Origin: Spirochaetia bacterium
Lineage (GTDB): Bacteria; Spirochaetota; Spirochaetia; SZUA-6; Bin103
Assembly (NCBI GenBank): GCA_965203905.1
Contig: CBDBDQ010000005.1
Location: forward strand, 3,520,001-3,584,000
Length of the DNA: 64,000 nucleotides
Reading direction: 5' to 3'
Every line of letters begins with the position of its first letter. Positions within the stretch are counted from its first letter, which is position 1. The notes under the pieces are model-generated. The model searched no databases. It had not been told where the DNA came from and saw only the letters and a list, made by a program, of their open reading frames with translations. A program made the translations under genes and the position numbers. Positions 60,346-64,000 of this stretch are shown here, in pieces.

Positions 60346-62769
60346 CTATGGCCGGGCGGTTACGGCGACGGATTCGGCCAGGTCGCGAATCGCCTGGCGC
60401 GGGTTGTCGATCCGCCGTTCGTTGATGGTGACTTCGCCCCACCCCCGCACCTCCGGCGGCAGGCGTAACTCGGCACGATACCCCTCCGGCACCGTGGCGT
60501 CGAGGCGGAACGACTGCCGCTCCATGCTCCAGGCCACGCCCGCGTTGCCGCCCTCGGTCTTGACTGTCCCCTTGGCCCACCGCAGGCCGCAGGGATGGGG
60601 GGCTATCGTGATGGTCCCGGTCACCGCGTCGGGGATGCCGAGGCCGAGGAAGTCGCGCACCAGCCACACCCCGGCATGCGCGGCGAATCCCTGGCACACG
60701 CTGCCGGTGTCGGCCATGCCTTCCCACAGCGTGCCGGGGCCCTCGTCGATCATGCGCGAGTAGAGGTAGCGCAGCTCCCGCAGCAGGCGTTCGTGCTCGC
60801 CATGGGCGGCGAGGATCTCGAAGCGGATCGGCAGCGCCGCAAAGTGATCCGAACGCAGCACCTTGGGGTCGTCCACCAGGCGCTCCGGACACGGGCCGTG
60901 CTGTTCGAGCAGCGCCTTGAACAGCGCGGGATGCTCAGCGGGCGACGCGATACCGAGCCACGCCGCGTAGTACTGCGCCGCCTCCGACGTCAGCTTGCCG
61001 CGCGCCAGCGTGCCTCCTTCCGTGTGCTGGAGACTGTCGCTGAGGAACTGCGCCGGGCGCTCGGTACGGATGCCGGCGTACGCCTGCCGCAGCCTGGCGC
61101 GAATGCCAAGCGCCTTCGCGCGCAGCTCCGGGCGCCCGTAGAGTTCGTCGATGCACTCCAGCATGCGGGCGTAGAGGGCATTGGTCGGCATGGAGATCGG
61201 CTGACTGAAGTACTCGGGGAGCGGGGCGGTGGACCCGTCCACGAAGATCCGGCCCGGCAGCCGGTTCAGGACTCCGTCGGCGTCCTCATGGCGGGCGAGC
61301 TGCGCGGTGACTTCGGCGACCCGCGCCGCGTACCGGTCGACGAAGCCGCGATCGCCGGTGCGGTGGTAGAACTCGTGCAGGTGCAGGATCAGGAACATCG
61401 TCCAGTTGGGATGGTGGTTCCCTCGCCCCGCGGGATACACGGCCGGCGAGTAGCCGTCGAAGTGCTCGCCAACCGTGGGCGCGAGAAAGTTCTCCAGCAT
61501 CGCCCGCTCCACCCGGGTGTCGCCCAGCATCTGGCGCGCCGCCCGCGCGGTCCAGAACGAATCGCACAGCCAGCCTCCGCGCTCGCGCCCCGGTGTATCC
61601 AGGAACACGTCGAGGGTGTTGGCCCGCAGGGTGAGCCGGGCCGCGTCGTAGATCCGGTTGAGCGTGCCATCGCTGCACAGGAAGGTCCCGCCGACGAGGT
61701 CGGGGTACTGGTACCGGCGCAGGAACACGTCGTGCAGCGTGAACGCGCGCGCCCGCCGCACGATCACCCTGAGGTAGCGCACGCAGTACGGCTCGAAGGA
61801 CTCCAGGCGGGTGCGCCCCTGCGAGCAGTACAGGCGCACCACGCAGCGTGACGCGCACCCGTGCGGGTCGATGCTGCCGTCATCCCCGATCCGGTCGGCG
61901 TGCACCAGGTCCACCGTTCCGCCCGCGGGCAACGAGACCTCGACCCCCACGAATGCGCTGGACAGCTCGCCGAAATCGTAGGTCAGGGCAGTGCTGTCCT
62001 CCGAGGTCTCGACCTGCAGCTCGACGAATCCGCCATTCCCACCCCCGCTCGGGCGCGCCGTCCCGCGGAACGGAATCTCCCGTTCCCGCGCGCACTCCGC
62101 GGCGGGGTCTTCCGGGAGCTGCTGCCCGGATCGGCCGTGCGCACCGCCGACCGTGTTGGCCAGCGTGAGCAGCCGTGCCCCGCCTACCAAGCTGCCGTCG
62201 GCAAGCTCCACCGCGCGCTCCAGGAGCTGGCGGTCGTCGTCGACCTCCTCCACCGGGAGCCAGGGAGATTCCCCCGGTCCGCCGAGGGGGCCGGTCCTCC
62301 AGTCGAAGTATCCGGCATCAAGGTCGTAGATCTCCATGATGGAGCGCGCGTGTGAAAACGGCGGGGCGTCCGACCGCTTGTGCTGCAGTCGGATGCCGGA
62401 CCAGGATCGGTCGGTCGCGATCAGGACCTCTCCGTCCGCCTCCAGCTCGGCGAGCAGGAAGCTGGGCTCGCCGGTGACGTGGAGGGTCGGCTCGCAGTAG
62501 CCCGCGACTTCGATGGCGAGGCAGTTGCGTCCCGCCCCAAGCCGGCCCGAGAGGTCGACCGTGTCGATGCGCGCGAATCCGTGGGCCGCCCGCGCCGGGC
62601 CATGGAAGAGAAACTGCCCGTTGAGGTACGCGCGGTAGAAGGTGCATGCGGTCACCCGCAGCGCGGCCTTGTCGGGCACGGTGTCGAGCAGGAGATCCTT
62701 GCGGAATCCTGCCTGGCAGTTCTTCTCGGTCCGCAGCCCCTCGAGAAAGATCTTCTTGGCTGTTCGCAT
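60346..62769 (-). CDS. Alpha-L-rhamnosidase (GH78)-like protein
   Basis: YDFGE, FLCSDGTLNRIY, LDTPGRERGGWLCD, GPGTLWE, SVCQGF. Confidence 0.82.
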   Translation of the reverse strand: MRTAKKIFLEGLRTEKNCQAGFRKDLLLDTVPDKAALRVTACTFYRAYLNGQFLFHGPARAAHGFARIDTVDLSGRLGAGRNCLAIEVAGYCEPTLHVTGEPSFLLAELEADGEVLIATDRSWSGIRLQHKRSDAPPFSHARSIMEIYDLDAGYFDWRTGPLGGPGESPWLPVEEVDDDRQLLERAVELADGSLVGGARLLTLANTVGGAHGRSGQQLPEDPAAECAREREIPFRGTARPSGGGNGGFVELQVETSEDSTALTYDFGELSSAFVGVEVSLPAGGTVDLVHADRIGDDGSIDPHGCASRCVVRLYCSQGRTRLESFEPYCVRYLRVIVRRARAFTLHDVFLRRYQYPDLVGGTFLCSDGTLNRIYDAARLTLRANTLDVFLDTPGRERGGWLCDSFWTARAARQMLGDTRVERAMLENFLAPTVGEHFDGYSPAVYPAGRGNHHPNWTMFLILHLHEFYHRTGDRGFVDRYAARVAEVTAQLARHEDADGVLNRLPGRIFVDGSTAPLPEYFSQPISMPTNALYARMLECIDELYGRPELRAKALGIRARLRQAYAGIRTERPAQFLSDSLQHTEGGTLARGKLTSEAAQYYAAWLGIASPAEHPALFKALLEQHGPCPERLVDDPKVLRSDHFAALPIRFEILAAHGEHERLLRELRYLYSRMIDEGPGTLWEGMADTGSVCQGFAAHAGVWLVRDFLGLGIPDAVTGTITIAPHPCGLRWAKGTVKTEGGNAGVAWSMERQSFRLDATVPEGYRAELRLPPEVRGWGEVTINERRIDNPRQAIRDLAESVAVTARP

Positions 62770-62931
62770 CTTCTGCCCGCGCTGCATCGACAATCCCCGG
62801 CGAGCATAACCCAACAGGACGCCACGCACAGACCACGCGTTCGATCTCGGGCACCCTCTCACCAGACTCGCGGCTTGCCATCCTCCGCTTCGGTGCCTAG
62901 GGTGCTCCCGGGCGCCGGCCAGGGGGTGGAG

Positions 62932-63804
62932 ATGGAGAAGCAAGCCCGCGACAGGATCGAGGATTACGAAAGGGACGGCTTCGTCGTCGTTCGCGGCCTC
63001 CTGCGGGATCGTGACCTGGAGCCGGTGCGCCGGGTGATCGCCGCCCAGGTCGACCGGGAGGCGCGCCGAAGGCGGGATGCGGGAGCGATTGCCGATCTGC
63101 ACAAGAACGCCCCATTCGAGCGCCGGCTCTACGAGGTCTACCGGGGCAGCAAGCGCGACGCGGGTCTCTGGAACCGCGAGGTGTTCAGCCGCGAGCTGTA
63201 CGACTTCGGAATGAATCCGGGCATCCTGGAATTGGCCGAGTCGATCCTGGGGCCGGAGATTCAGTTCAACGGCGACTACTGGGTGCGCTCGAAACTGCCG
63301 CACGAGTCACTCACGACCTACCCGTGGCACCAGGACAGCGGATACTACGGGGCCGCCACCGAGCAGCACCACATACTGTCGCTCTGGATTCCGCTGGTGG
63401 ACGTCGACGAGGTGAACGGCTGCCTGCAGATGATGCCCGGCAGTCACCGCTGGGGACTGCTCCCCACGATGAGCGACGGCGGCGGCCACCTGCAGCCGCG
63501 AGAGGACATCGAGGAACGCGGTCAGGGCGTGGCGGTCACCATGGCGGCGGGCGACGTTCTGGCCTTTCACAACCTCACGTTCCACCGCTCCACCATGAAC
63601 CGTTCCGATTCCATCCGCTGGAGCATCGATCTTCGCTACAGTGCCATCGGGGTGCCGCTGGAGTGGCTGTTCAGGGACTGCATCAATGGGTTCATCGCCC
63701 GCAGCAGGTCCGATCCGGGCCGGGTCGACTCCTGGGAGGATTGGCGCAACAAGCGCGCCGCTGCGACCGCGGCGGCACAGGTTCGCACCGCACCGGCGGT
63801 CTGA
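62932..63804 (+). CDS. Phytanoyl-CoA dioxygenase (PhyH) family protein
   Basis: YERDGFVVV, PWHQD, WIPLVD..NGCLQMMPGSH, FHRS..IRWSIDLRY. Confidence 0.92.
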   Translation: MEKQARDRIEDYERDGFVVVRGLLRDRDLEPVRRVIAAQVDREARRRRDAGAIADLHKNAPFERRLYEVYRGSKRDAGLWNREVFSRELYDFGMNPGILELAESILGPEIQFNGDYWVRSKLPHESLTTYPWHQDSGYYGAATEQHHILSLWIPLVDVDEVNGCLQMMPGSHRWGLLPTMSDGGGHLQPREDIEERGQGVAVTMAAGDVLAFHNLTFHRSTMNRSDSIRWSIDLRYSAIGVPLEWLFRDCINGFIARSRSDPGRVDSWEDWRNKRAAATAAAQVRTAPAV

Positions 63805-64000
63805 TTCACGCACGATGCGCCCGTACAGAATACGCATCGTCTGGGGCTACTGGATGCCCTATGCCCCGTATCCGTTTCAGCACGCCACCTACAATTGGGA
63901 CGGCGCGGTAACGGCGCAGCGCGGTACCATCAACCGCTGCTGGCTCATCACCTTCAACGGTCACTACGGCGACGTCGCCGAGACCCTCGTTCCGCTCGCA

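Noticed and set aside
1777-63303. Many long antisense or alternate-frame ORFs (e.g. 1777-3156, 22766-25135, 31750-33627, 44832-46934, 53915-55567)
   Set aside because: They are Arg/Pro/Gly-rich shadows of well-supported genes, as expected in high-GC DNA.

Overview
High-GC bacterial DNA. The gene content (many peptide and sugar ABC transporters, PhyH dioxygenases, SDRs and enolase-superfamily enzymes, and spirochaete-like binding-protein leader peptides) suggests a heterotrophic, possibly host-associated organism; this is inference only. 1-21 kb and 60-64 kb are catabolic and transport genes. About 21-60 kb is a mosaic accessory/defence island. It holds IS remnants (IS1-like, ISKra4/ISLre2-like, IS256), many toxin-antitoxin halves, an AAA/DUF3696-type ATPase with an unknown partner, tandem PF10127-type nucleotidyltransferases, a RelE-like/UvrD helicase, IetA/IetS, type III RM (mod/res), a TIR protein and DprA. 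The most striking observation is a low-GC minus-strand cassette at about 37.1-37.9 kb. A sigma70-like promoter and leader hairpin precede two tRNA genes whose bodies and anticodons disagree: an Ala-type G3:U70 acceptor stem with an Arg CCG anticodon, and a Leu-type class II body with a Pro TGG anticodon. An unknown 151-aa ORF follows, so this may be a dedicated mistranslation module. Also notable are a solitary CRISPR-like repeat with a leader-like region next to the TIR gene, and a 27-bp inverted repeat pair bracketing about 9.9 kb. All family assignments come from motif recognition by eye, not from database searches.
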